Below are positions 40,064 to 51,345 of a stretch of DNA of 64,000 nucleotides, one piece after another (position 1 is the first letter of the stretch; each line of letters opens with the position of its first letter). A program made the translations under genes and the position numbers. Source of the DNA: Octopus sinensis. Lineage: Eukaryota. The stretch covers positions 104,036,001 to 104,100,000 of the forward strand of contig NC_043006.1 in the NCBI RefSeq assembly GCF_006345805.1, given 5' to 3'. The notes under the pieces were generated by a model. It saw nothing but the letters and a program-made list of their open reading frames with translations, had not been told where the DNA came from and searched no databases.

Positions 40064-40400
40064 GGCAAAAAATCACAGTGGGATTGTCGTCTTTGCTGTG
40101 TGGGCTGTGGCCCCGCCTGGTTGGAACCACATTCCAGGTTTATCTCAAATAGCTGAGAGTAAGAAATTTTCGATCATAGACCGATATTCATCTCCTGTAA
40201 TAGTGATAGAGTTCTCATAGTCATCTCCGAAAAAATAAGGTCCTACCAATTCTTCTAATATCATTCCACACCAGAGCGTACTATTAAGAAGATGCAATTC
40301 CCTTTGGTAAATTGCCCTTGGATTTTCCGAACCTCAAATCCTGCAGTTTTCTTCATAAATGAAGCCATTAAACTGTAAATGAGCTTCATCTGTACTTACT
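40064..40400 (-). pseudogene. Tc1/mariner (DD37D/DD41D-like) transposase catalytic-region remnant with one terminal repeat
   Basis: WCGMILEELVGPYF...TITGDEYRSMIENFL and MWFQPGGATAHTAK (consensus WFQQDGATAHT); ends TTTTTTGCCCACCCGG|TA. Confidence 0.8.
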
Positions 40401-41042
40401 TACAAGTTGAGAAAAAATGTACGTACGCCGCTATAAGCATATATAAATCCCCAAAATGGAACATACGACAATGAAAACATCCGGACAGATAGACAATGCG
40501 AAGACGGACAGAAAAAAAACAATAAAAAGAAGGACAGAGAAGATGAACATATATGTGTGTGTGTGTGCGTGCGTGGATAGAGAGATATATTAGATAGCTA
40601 AGATAGGAATGTATGAATGTATGCAAGTATATGTGTGTTTGTTTGTGTATCTGTACTTGATAACTGGTGTTGTTTTGTTTATGTTCTCATGAACTAGCTG
40701 CTCGGTCAACGAAGTCGACAGAATATGTGCCAGAGTTAATATGATAATAAAAAAAAAGAAAATGCACCAGTAAGACCGAAATGCAACAATTGAAACAAGT
40801 TAAAGAATATTCTTTTATTTGCTTCAGTCATTTGACTACGGCCATGCTGGAGCACCGCCTTTAATCGAACAAATCGACCACAGGACTTATTCTTTGTAAA
40901 ACTAGTACTTATTCTATTTGTCTCTTTTGCTAAACCGCTAAATTACGAGGACGCAAACACACTACTAACATCGGCTTTCAAGCGAAGGTGGGGCGACAAA
41001 CCAGACACATGAATAGATACATGCCTATATATATATATATAT

Positions 41043-41102
<60 letters not shown>

Positions 41103-41148
41103 GTAGATTGATAGATAGATAGATAGATAGATTGATAGATAGATAGAG

Positions 41149-41212
<64 letters not shown>

Positions 41213-41245
41213 GGATTGTTTGATAGACAGATAGATAGATAGATT

Positions 41246-41292
<47 letters not shown>

Positions 41293-41325
41293 GGATTGTT
41301 TGATAGACAGATAGATAGATAGATT

Positions 41326-41373
<48 letters not shown>

Positions 41374-41417
41374 TAGATAGATAGATAGATAGATAGATAT
41401 GTATATATATTTATGTA

Positions 41418-41459
<42 letters not shown>

Positions 41460-41911
41460 CATATATATCCACACACACATACGACCAGTTTCTTTCAGTT
41501 TCCGTCTACCAAATCCACTCACAAGGCTTTGGTCGACCCATGGCTATAGCAGAAGACAATTTCTGAAGATGCCACGCAGTGGGACTGAACTCGGAACCAT
41601 GTGATTGATAAGGAAGCTAATTTATTTCATTTAATTGGCTATAAAATCTGTACATAAAGGAAGTAGCTGCGGGCTGGACAAGGACGCGATGATGATGGAA
41701 TGAAAGAAATGGTTGGTGGAAGAATCAAATTGTTGCATTCTCGAAAACAGTGTTCTCTTTTTTTCATTTTAAACAAAGCAAAATGAGGTATTGAACCTCT
41801 TACCTCAGTTCAATAATAATTGACGGAATCGTCTTTACCAATTGAGGCGCTGGACCTCTTACTAAGGTATACAAACAATATAGATATTGAAAATTGAGGC
41901 ACTAAGGCCTC

Positions 41912-42225
41912 TTATCTTTTCTCTTCGACCAGGCTACATGCCTCCTGCAGGCAATCCTGTAGTTCCACGTCGGTGCCCCAAAAGGCAAACCTATACTGGT
42001 CCTTCGGAAAGGAGTCCATCCCCCTAAACATTTCAACGTCCGTTAGGACTTCCGCAGTAACCTGCGGAGGCCAATCCGGGTCTTCAGTCCAGGTCATAGT
42101 CCTCTCCCTCCGGCCTTCTAGCTTCTTTATGAAGCTCTGTATAGCCCCTCTCTTATGAAAGAAGATCACAAAATCATCCGTCATCGCAGTGGTAGGGGCC
42201 ACTGTCTCCTCCGTCGGTGGCACCT
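41912..42225 (-). CDS. ORF-b of the cassette, ~104 codons open (91 aa from the first ATG), unknown product
   Basis: VPPTEETVAPTTAMTDDFVIFFHKRG...QEACSLVEEKR*; overlaps ORF-a in the +1 frame; follows an acceptor-like TTTATTTCCAG. Confidence 0.45.
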
Positions 42226-42413
42226 CTGGAAATAAACTTAGTGGTTGGCAGATATTCTGCCAACTCTTTCAATTTCAGTTTTGGGAAAGATCGTGCTGGT
42301 GTCAAGTGACTTAAAATAGTTCTCAACTCCACCGTTCTCTCATTTAAGTTTTTTAACCATTGCTTGGGTGGGATAATTTCCCACTCCAACGTAGTGTTCA
42401 CCTTCTTCGCCAT
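42174..42413 (-). CDS. ORF-a of the cassette, 79 aa, unknown product (MAKKVNTTLEWEIIPP...)
   Basis: ATG in CAAACATGGCG context 43 nt after the acceptor; non-repetitive composition; no family recognised. Confidence 0.45.
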   Translation of the reverse strand: MAKKVNTTLEWEIIPPKQWLKNLNERTVELRTILSHLTPARSFPKLKLKELAEYLPTTKFISRGATDGGDSGPYHCDDG

Positions 42414-43199
42414 GTTTGAAGAAAAAAGTCCAATAAACAGTTCAAAATAAAAAAGTCTAAACAAATTCCAAAAATAGTTTGAAAGACGACAAAGAAGAGC
42501 AGAAAGACAGAACAGAGAAAAAGAAAGAAGGAAGACAGTTCAAATCACAGCAACACACAATATCCGGACACCCGGTAACCCTGGCCGACAGATACTCCAA
42601 AAAGGCACTCCCAAAAGCACCAGGAACGCAAAAATCATCTGCCACGAATTGGTAGAACTTTCCAAAATATTTCACAATTTTTCGGAGGCGAGATACGCCC
42701 CCCCCCCCCAAGCAACAATTCTCATAATTAATTGAGACAGCGCATCTTAGGCAGCGCATCTTAGGCAGCCTCGGAACGCAGCAGCAATTTCTTGTTCGCG
42801 AACAAATGAACAACAAACAACAGACCCCCCCACTGACCCCCCCCCAAAAAAAAAACAAATGTCTTACCTTATAGTTGCGCCTTCAAATTCCTTCACTTCA
42901 AGAGCGCTACGAGAGCAACATCTTGACAATATCAGTGTAGCAGTAAGCTACTTACTACACAGCCACTCCTGCGACTATGAAGAAGAGCACTATAGGTAAT
43001 GCAGTCCAAGATAGATAAGTCACGACGAGAAACATTTTCACAATAATCGCCTCCTAAAATTTAAATGAATTTTCTCAACAACCCCAGGACTTCGACTCGA
43101 TCGTTTACTCAGGCGGCCGATTTCATAAATAAACAACAAAACACATGTTTATCTGGTTTATTATTATTATTTTTTTTACTTGATAACTCTATATTAACG

Positions 43200-43890
43200 G
43201 AAAAATTACAGTTTAATTTCTTTATTTATTTCCGTCTTTGGACAGCAGCAATGGAAAGTTTTAGTCGAAGAAATCGACTCCAGTACTTAGTTTATTTAAG
43301 GCTAGTTAATTATTCTAACAATCTCTTTTGCCGAACTGCTAAGTTTCAGGGACGTAAAGAAACCAGCACCGGTTGTCAAGCGGTATAGGGACAGACAGAA
43401 ACACACACATACTCACATACACGCATACACACACAAACAGTGTATATATACACTGGGTGTTTCCGTCTACCATATTCATCCAAAAGGCTTTGGTCGGCCC
43501 GAGGCAATAGTAGAAGACACTCGCACAAGGTGCCGAGTGGAGGGACTGAACCACGGATCATTTGAGAGGGAAGCCACACAGCCACACACACACATATGTA
43601 TGTGTGTGTATGTATGTATGTATGTATGTATGTATGTATGTATGTATGTGTGTATGTACGTATGTGTGTATGTGTGTATGTATGTAAGTATGTATGTATA
43701 TATATATGTATGTATACAATATATACGTGTATGTATGTATGTTTACCACAGTTACTGTCTATCAAATTCACTCACAAATCATTGGTCGGGCCGGGGCTAT
43801 AGTACAAAGCACTTGCTCAAGTTACTACCCAGAGGGACTGAATCCGGAATCACATGGTTGAGAAGCAGGCTTCATATCCACACACCTACC
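43200..43890 (-). mobile_element. Two SINE family A copies in tandem (one near full length, one 5' half)
   Basis: Family A segments at 43200-43580 and 43740-43890 separated by (TATG)n. Confidence 0.82.
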
Positions 43891-44492
43891 CCTGCAACTG
43901 TTAATTACGTACATATTGCAACGTATCGGTTTATAAAACTGAACATAGCTCACAGACTTCAGATAATATCTCTGGACTTTTAGCGATCCGAGATCCAAAG
44001 GTTGGGAACACCTAGCGTAAGTAACTACAGCTGGTATGTATTTGTTCTAAGATCAGCTCAACGGGGCCTGATCAGAACCGCAACAAAGCAAAAACACAAA
44101 CTGCAATACGGGTCCTAATACATCACATTCCAAACCTTTTTAAACATCTTAGCAGCTCTCAGTTATATCTCAACAAAACCAGCAGCAACAACAGTCTGGT
44201 ATTAAGTTCTTATGGTTGAAAATTTGACGATTTATATACTCGGTTTTTGCGATTTATCGGTTATATTGATTATATTCTGCTAAGCAACAAAAGTATTGAC
44301 GTCTAAATCTAAAGAACTGTCTGCAATTACGGTTAGTCGCCAGTTATATATTCTCTTAAACTCGTCTATGTGCATATTATACACAGCATAGGGTTAGCTA
44401 AAATGGACAGCAATTTGAGAAATTAATATATTATCATTCATATATATGTATATTACATTATATTATATTATCATATGTATATATATATATGT

Positions 44493-44625
<133 letters not shown>

Positions 44626-44647
44626 TATATGTATGTATGTATGTATA

Positions 44648-44688
<41 letters not shown>

Positions 44689-45033
44689 TATACATTCATA
44701 TGTGTGCATGTTTGTTTGTATGTATGTATTTGTGTGTATGTATTGAGTGATATAATTTCATATTTATACAAGGCGTAATGTAAGAGTTGTAAATTATATT
44801 AAGCTATATTTTACATAGTACAAACATTATCAAATATAGAAGGCAATTTGTCGTTTAGATATATGTAGATATATGTATTATATAATATCTTATAAAGCGG
44901 TGATGCTATTTCCCTGAGTTGTGCGTGGTTATCGTACGGAACAAAACCCGTGGTAAAACTCAGAGTAATGCTATCAAGTATTGACAAAACACACACACAC
45001 ACAAACACATGTATGTATATATATATACACACA

Positions 45034-45101
<68 letters not shown>

Positions 45102-45859
45102 AGTGTGTGTGTGTGTGGTGTGTGTAACAAAATGACTTCCCTCAGACACAACATAATTTGCTTCAACACACGAATTCACACAAATAATCTTGCAAACCAA
45201 ATACAGAAACGAAATGTGTGTGTGTGTGTGTAGCGCTAAGTTTGACGAAAATAAACAGAAAGATGTTGTAAGAAACAAACATAGAGTTGGTATTAGTTTG
45301 ACGCTCTGGAAATGGTGGAGGAAAGAAATGGAAATATCTTTAAGATTTCGGGTATTCACCCTCCTTCCTAAAGATAGGACAGGCGTGGAGAGACAGAATA
45401 TTGGGCAAATTGAAATGTACATGTATCCAATCGTATGAGTATTTACATATAAATTCAAATTTTCTATTTTCCCTGTTTTATACACCTCCATATTACATAT
45501 ACCCCCCACATACATACACTTACATACAGACACACACACAGACACAACTCACACACACTTATAAATAGACACATATTTATATAAACGTTTGCATATATAA
45601 TCGTCTGTGCATTTCATAGGTTAACACACAAAGCACCAATAGTCCGATCAGTTCTCACCAGTAATTTGTTTTGTTTTGTAATATGTCAATCCGATTCGGT
45701 AACGAACCTCAGCGCGGCATGAATATAAATTCCAGAGAATTCAAGTTTCGATGCTAAACAACTTTGACACGTAGTTATGATAAGCCTGCTCCAGTTTGTA
45801 TCATTTCCATGACAACTGGAGCATCTAGAGTTGCATACATCAGATTCAGATTTATAGCA

Positions 45860-46560
45860 AAAAAAGTAGGTTTTGGGGAGGGGGTAAGTCGGTTAAATCG
45901 AACCAATTACACAACTGGAACTTATTTTATCGACCCCGAGACGATGGAAGCCAAAGTAGACTACGGTAGTACTTGAACTCAGAACGTAAAGACGGACGAA
46001 ATACCTATTTATTTACTACCCACAAGTAGCTAAACACAGAAGGGACAAACAAGGACACAAAAACGGATTAAGTCGATTATATCGAACCCAGTGCGTAACT
46101 GGTACTTATTTAATCGATCTTGAACTCAGAACGTAAAGACGGACGAAATACCTATTTATTTACTACCCACAAGTAGCTAAACACAGAAGGGACAAGCAAG
46201 GACAGAAAAACGGATTAAGTCGATTATATCGACCCCAGTGCGTAACTGGTACTTATTTAATCGATCACGAAAGGATGAAAGGCAAAGTCGACCTCGGCGG
46301 AATTTGAACTCAGAACGTAACGGCAGACGAAATACCTATTTCTTTACTGCCCACAAGGGGCTAAACTCAGAGAGGACAAACATGGACAGACAAAAGGATT
46401 AAGTCGATTATATCGACCCCAGTGCGTAAGTGGTACTTAATTTATCGACCCCGTAAAGTTGAAAGGTAATGTCGACCTCGGCGAAATTTGAACTCAGAAC
46501 GTAACGGCAGACGAAATACCGCTAAGCATTTCGCTTGGGGTGTTAACGATTCTGCCCACA
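45860..46560 (-). mobile_element. SINE family B tandem multimer (about four units)
   Basis: AACTCAGAACGTAA at 45976, 46123, 46307 and 46491 (periods 147, 184, 184). Confidence 0.92.
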
Positions 46561-47122
46561 CGCTTGCTTATATAGTAGCATAAGTTATTGCATAATATAC
46601 CAAAACTGATGAGATCGAATTCAGGTAAAACAATTGTAAATTAGTGTATTAAAAAGACATGCTATTTCCATTCTTCTTGTTTGCAATTGTAAAACTCTAT
46701 GGCTATTTGTGGCTTTTCAGGCATGTATTTGATAAAACAAACAATCCTTGGATTACTGTCTTGTCTTCTGATAGCTAATACCCTTGGATGAGCTTGGTAT
46801 GGTAAACGGGTATACTCCACGGTTAATACGCAAATAACTTCATGTATGCATATAGCTATCGGCAATTGTAAGACTTATGTAGCTTTATACCTAAATATAA
46901 ACGTAGAAAAAAATCGTATGTATAAAAACTAAAACACAGAAAAATGTATAGGTGTATGGATGTCTATGTATACATGTATGTATGTATGTGTGTATGTATG
47001 TATGTATGTATGTATGTATGTATGTATGTATGTATGTATATATATGTATATATATTATTAGGTATACATTTACACACAAGCGCACACACATCTATATGCA
47101 TGTATGCGTATGTATATATGTT

Positions 47123-47161
<39 letters not shown>

Positions 47162-47234
47162 CTGTTTGTGTGTGTGTGTGTTTTACTTTGTTTTTTGTAT
47201 TCGGCGTAACGATCCCACATGACACAAGCTACAC

Positions 47235-47265
<31 letters not shown>

Positions 47266-48332
47266 AACACACACACACACACACATGTATGTTTGTATGT
47301 ATGTATGTATGTATGTATGTATGTATATATGCATTCGTACACAGACACGTATACGCACAGATACACACATATATGCAGACTGGGCGAGCGATAGAAATTG
47401 ACATATATGAAATAAATTATTATTTCAGACAATTCAAGGACAAACTGATGAAATACAAATCAGAAAAAAGATAACAACAACATCAAAAACAAAAACAAGA
47501 AAATATGTTACCAGAAAGAATGGAAAGAAAACTAAAGAACGAAAAAAATATCAGACAGACACAAAAACATCTCAAACAGAAAAAGCCTCGCCTTGCCACA
47601 AGTACACAAGTCAGAGGATATCCATAGATAGACACATATACATGACAAAACATTGAACAGAGTGAAAAGTAAATAAAATGGTCAAGAATTCACATGGTAA
47701 AACCAGTCTGTTATTCCATGAATCTGTCTGTGTTTGCATAATCTACAGCTGAATATATAAATGTGTGCTAGAAGGTCTGCTGTATAAAATACTAGTCAAC
47801 AACTGTACTCTCTGTTTTATTACGTCGCATATGGCGCACGCCATTTTGTTTTTTCCTTTTTCTCTCGTTTTCCATTAATGCTTTTGCTGAAAGTCTTCAG
47901 ACATCTCAAAATTTGAAGAGAACAATATTATGAGAGCGCAATATTATGTATAAATGCAAATACTTATGTATGTATGTAGATAGATAGACAGAAAAATAGG
48001 CAGGCAAATAGATCGATATATGTGGGTGTATGTGTATGTGTGTGTGTGTGTATGTTTGTGCGTATGTATGTAAATATCCATATAAATGTGTGTGTGTGAG
48101 TGTGTACATATACATAAACATATACATACATACATATACATCACCTTCGAAATGTAGAGTAGATGAAACCATAGTGACTGAAGAAGGGTCTTTTTCTTTG
48201 TGTTAATTGTCCTGTACTCTATTTTTTTGTTGTTTAAAAAAATGTCCAGTTCCTTTGGTTTGTGTCTATGTTTTCGTTTCTCATTGTGTTCGACGTCTTT
48301 TTGGTGTCCTGTACTCATATATGCGTGTATAT

Positions 48333-49849
48333 GTTAGTTAGTTAGTTAGTTATTTGGCTCAAAAGCAAATAGCAAGGCCATGTAGGGGGACATGGAGTTA
48401 AGTACAGGGTGGTGTTCATGTAAAGAGTTCAGGCCACTTGAGGTCCAGGGAGGCTTTGAACAAAGCGGTCGTCGGCATCTTCACTATCTCGTCTGGCAGC
48501 TTGTTCCACGGATCCGCAACCCGGACGGAGAAAGCTCCTCTCCTTCGATTGAGATGAAATCGTCGCAGGTAGAGCTTTTCGGAATGACCCCGCAGCCGAC
48601 GCTCCGGAGCAGGAGTAAAGAACAGCTCTTTCGAGAGGTTACACTTCCCGCTTATGATGTTGTGGGCGAGAATGAGATCACCACGGCGGCGGCGTTTTTC
48701 AAGAGAATAAAGGTCGAGCGTCCTCAGCCTTTCTTCGTAGGACAAATTTTTGAGACCATGAACAATGCGGGTAGCCAGCCTCTGGACTCTTTCGAGATGC
48801 TGTATGTCATTGAGGAGATAAGGAGAAGAGGCTTGAATCCCATACTCCAATATGGGTCTCACCAGCGTGACATAGAGTGGTAGGAATATGGCTGCTGTGA
48901 GCATTCCGAATGACCGTCGAATCAAAAACAGAATTCCGCGCGCTTTGTTGGCAGCATGGACGCACTGGGCCGAAGGCGAAAAGGAGGAATCCACCAAGAT
49001 ACCCAGGTACTTTACCTGATCGGTCCTCTCCAGCAGCAGATGACCCGGCTCGAAATCAAGTTGAGTTGCAGGAGTAGAGCCGACAGGCAGATGACAGCAC
49101 TTTGACACGTTCAGACACAGGTCCCAATCGTTAGACCACTTCCAAATTTGGTGGAGGCATCGACGAAGATCCTCAATACTACCGCGAGGAGCGACCAGTT
49201 TGATATCGTCGGCAAATAGAAGGGTGTGTTGCGTGAGGTCGTCGGGCAAGTCATTCATGAAGACTAAGAACAATAAGGGCCCAAGCACTGAACCTTGAGG
49301 CACGCCACTGCTCGCACTGGAGACGTCGGACCGCGAACCATTAACTTGAACTTGGAAGGAGCGATCTGAGAGGAAGGCACCAACCCATCGTACAATATCC
49401 GGATGGAAACTATATGCTTGAAGCTTGACAAGTAGTAGGCGGTGGTTTACCGAGTCAAAAGCTTTGGCAAAGTCCAATAAAACGATGTCAACAGCATCAC
49501 TATCATCGAGGATGCGCGTCACCAATTCTTCCATTACTAGTAAGATGGTCAAGCATGATCTCTTCGGCACGAAGCCGTGTTGGGAATCAGTGATCGAGGC
49601 TGTGCTTAGGAGGTGGAGCATCATACTTTTCTTAAGGATGGTTTCGAACATCTTGCTGATTATTGATGTAAGGGAAACCGGTCGGTAGTTAAGCGGGTCT
49701 TCGCGGCTCCCTTTCTTGAAAATTGGGCAGATTATCGCTGTTCTCCAGTCTGCAGGTATAACACCCGTCGCCAATGACATATTGAATAGTCGTGTTAAGG
49801 GCTCGCAGATGACCGGAGCCAACGCTTTGATAACCCGTGGGTGTACATG
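48333..49849 (-). mobile_element. 5'-truncated CR1-like LINE with (TAAC)n tail
   Basis: Open RT frame, short 3' UTR and TAACTAACTAACTAAC tail at 48333-48352; no clear TSD. Confidence 0.93.
48416..49849 (-). CDS. Reverse transcriptase ORF (5'-truncated, ~477 uninterrupted codons), CR1-like
   Basis: PIFKKG, NYRPVSLTS, QHGF, DFAKAFDSV, GVPQGSVLGPLLF, LFADDIKL, KYLG, LERVQRLATR. The track's first 13 aa come from flanking microsatellite. Confidence 0.9.
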   Translation of the reverse strand, partial: HVHPRVIKALAPVICEPLTRLFNMSLATGVIPADWRTAIICPIFKKGSREDPLNYRPVSLTSIISKMFETILKKSMMLHLLSTASITDSQHGFVPKRSCLTILLVMEELVTRILDDSDAVDIVLLDFAKAFDSVNHRLLLVKLQAYSFHPDIVRWVGAFLSDRSFQVQVNGSRSDVSSASSGVPQGSVLGPLLFLVFMNDLPDDLTQHTLLFADDIKLVAPRGSIEDLRRCLHQIWKWSNDWDLCLNVSKCCHLPVGSTPATQLDFEPGHLLLERTDQVKYLGILVDSSFSPSAQCVHAANKARGILFLIRRSFGMLTAAIFLPLYVTLVRPILEYGIQASSPYLLNDIQHLERVQRLATRIVHGLKNLSYEERLRTLDLYSLEKRRRRGDLILAHNIISGKCNLSKELFFTPAPERRLRGHSEKLYLRRFHLNRRRGAFSVRVADPWNKLPDEIVKMPTTALFKASLDLKWPELFT

Positions 49850-50184
49850 TAGAGGTAGGTACGTACATATATGTTTATATATATGCATATGTTTTATTTT
49901 ATTTATTAATATATATATATATTCTTTTACTCTTTTACTTGTTTCAGGTCATTTGACCGTGGCCTTAATCGAGCAAATCGACCCCGGGACTTATTCTTTG
50001 TAAGCCTAGTACTTATTCTATCGGCGTAGGTATTTTCTTTTTCGCTGATCTTTATCTTTATGTTAACATCCTCTGTGCAACTGATTTCCAAAACTGTACA
50101 CAGATTCTCTTTTCTATCCCAAATTACTGTTATGTATGTATGTATGTATGTATGTATGTATGTATGTATATATGTATGTATGTA

Positions 50185-50530
50185 TGTATGTTAAGTCGCT
50201 CTTGGGCGCTACTTGTAAAATGTAACCCAGTGCAGCCTGTCACATGGTCGGTTCGTCAGCGACTAAACTGGCAACCCCATCAAGCTTGCTTGGAGAGGAA
50301 GGTTATAGTTGGACGAAAAATAAGATCTGTCAAAGGGCGGAAGAGCTCATGAGTAGTCAACGACCATCCAATAATATGTGTACATGTGTATCTAGGCATG
50401 CATGTATGTACGGAGATGTGGAAGTATTTTGGTCGGTATCCAGGCGGCACGCGGTTGGCTCACTGGGAGTGGGAGGCCCTTCTACTGTTATCAAAACATC
50501 TCAGAGTAGGAAACTCTGAAAGAAAATCTG
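50185..50530 (+). mobile_element. Second RTE-5'-like dispersed repeat fragment
   Basis: AAACTGGCAACCCCATCAAGCTTGCTTGG...GTCAAAGGGCGGAAGAGCTC is homologous to 8255-8570. Confidence 0.55.
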
Positions 50531-51007
50531 CGACACTGACAATATTCGATGATGTAAACCAGTTCTTCTTTTCGAGTTTTTGTTGTCCTCGTTCAGAAAG
50601 TGGGATTGAATTTGTTCAAATCTTACTCCACTATAAAAAAAAACCATCGAACGCAGACATCGCTTGAGAAAAATGGTAAGACCTATCACAAAAATAGCTG
50701 GTCGTAGCCTTCGCCTGTGCAGGACTTTCGATCAGGCTATGGCAATACTCGAACACGAGTTTGCAGCTATTATGCATGAATGATCGTGTGCGCACATTTG
50801 GTTTTACAACGAAAGAATAGTATGTAATACGCATTTCAGCGTATATATACTAACCGTCTGTTATTTATCATTGGTACAAAAATTACTTAAGGGCATAGAG
50901 ATTCGTCCCAGGACATTTATAAAATTGCAGTAAATTTATCTCGTACTACGTTATACTTTAAAATCGCACCTACAGACATATACACGTTCAATAGGTGGGA
51001 TAAATAT

Positions 51008-51345
51008 ATATCCTTAAATTCTTAAAAATGCTTCAGCCCGAAGGCTGCGGCCATGCTGGGGCACCACCGCTGAATGAGATACACTAGTTTGTGAATCCAC
51101 CTCTGATACGTGGCACTTGGTCAACAAGGGAGTTCGATGCCGCTGCCCGCATCTGTGTCTCCTGCCGAGAGGTAGGTTCATCTGGGACCCCCGACAAGAA
51201 GTGATCCAGTTTAGTTTTAAAGAAACCCACATCCACACCATGCAAGTCTCTCAGGCATTTAGAGAGGACGTTGAAGAGCTGTGGTCTTCTGAAACCCAAG
51301 CTGTTGCAGTATCTGATCCTGTATCTTGATGGTGATGCTGGAATC
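51008..51345 (-). pseudogene. 3' end of a CR1/L2-group LINE
   Basis: YCNSLGFRRPQLFNVLSKCLRDLHG..FKTKLDHFLSGVPDEP...RAAASNSLVDQ*, then GGTGCCCCAGCATGGCCGCAGCCTTCGGGCTGAA and a TTTAAG(A/G)A repeat tail. Confidence 0.82.

Larger units (their letters stand above)
41620..42944 (-). mobile_element. Unclassified 1325-bp retroposon-like cassette with short ORFs
   Basis: 6-bp TSD AAGCTA (41614-41619 and 42945-42950); no TIR or LTR; ends AAATGAAATAAAT; donor AAG|GTAAGA at 42867 and a pyrimidine tract with TTTAG acceptor at 42457. Confidence 0.82.
40810..42972 (-). mobile_element. SINE family A with long (TAGA)n, interrupted in its tRNA-like head by the 41620-42944 element
   Basis: Tail at about 40815, body to 41613, rest of the head GTAGTAAGTAGCTT...CGCAGGAGTGG at 42945-42972. 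Confidence 0.88.

Noticed and set aside
45787-45823. 15-bp bulged hairpin as a pre-miRNA
   Set aside because: At 37 nt it is too short, and the flanks do not extend the stem.
50540-50900. Possible mariner N-terminal remnant on the minus strand
   Set aside because: The similarity is too weak to support by eye, and no paired TIR was found.
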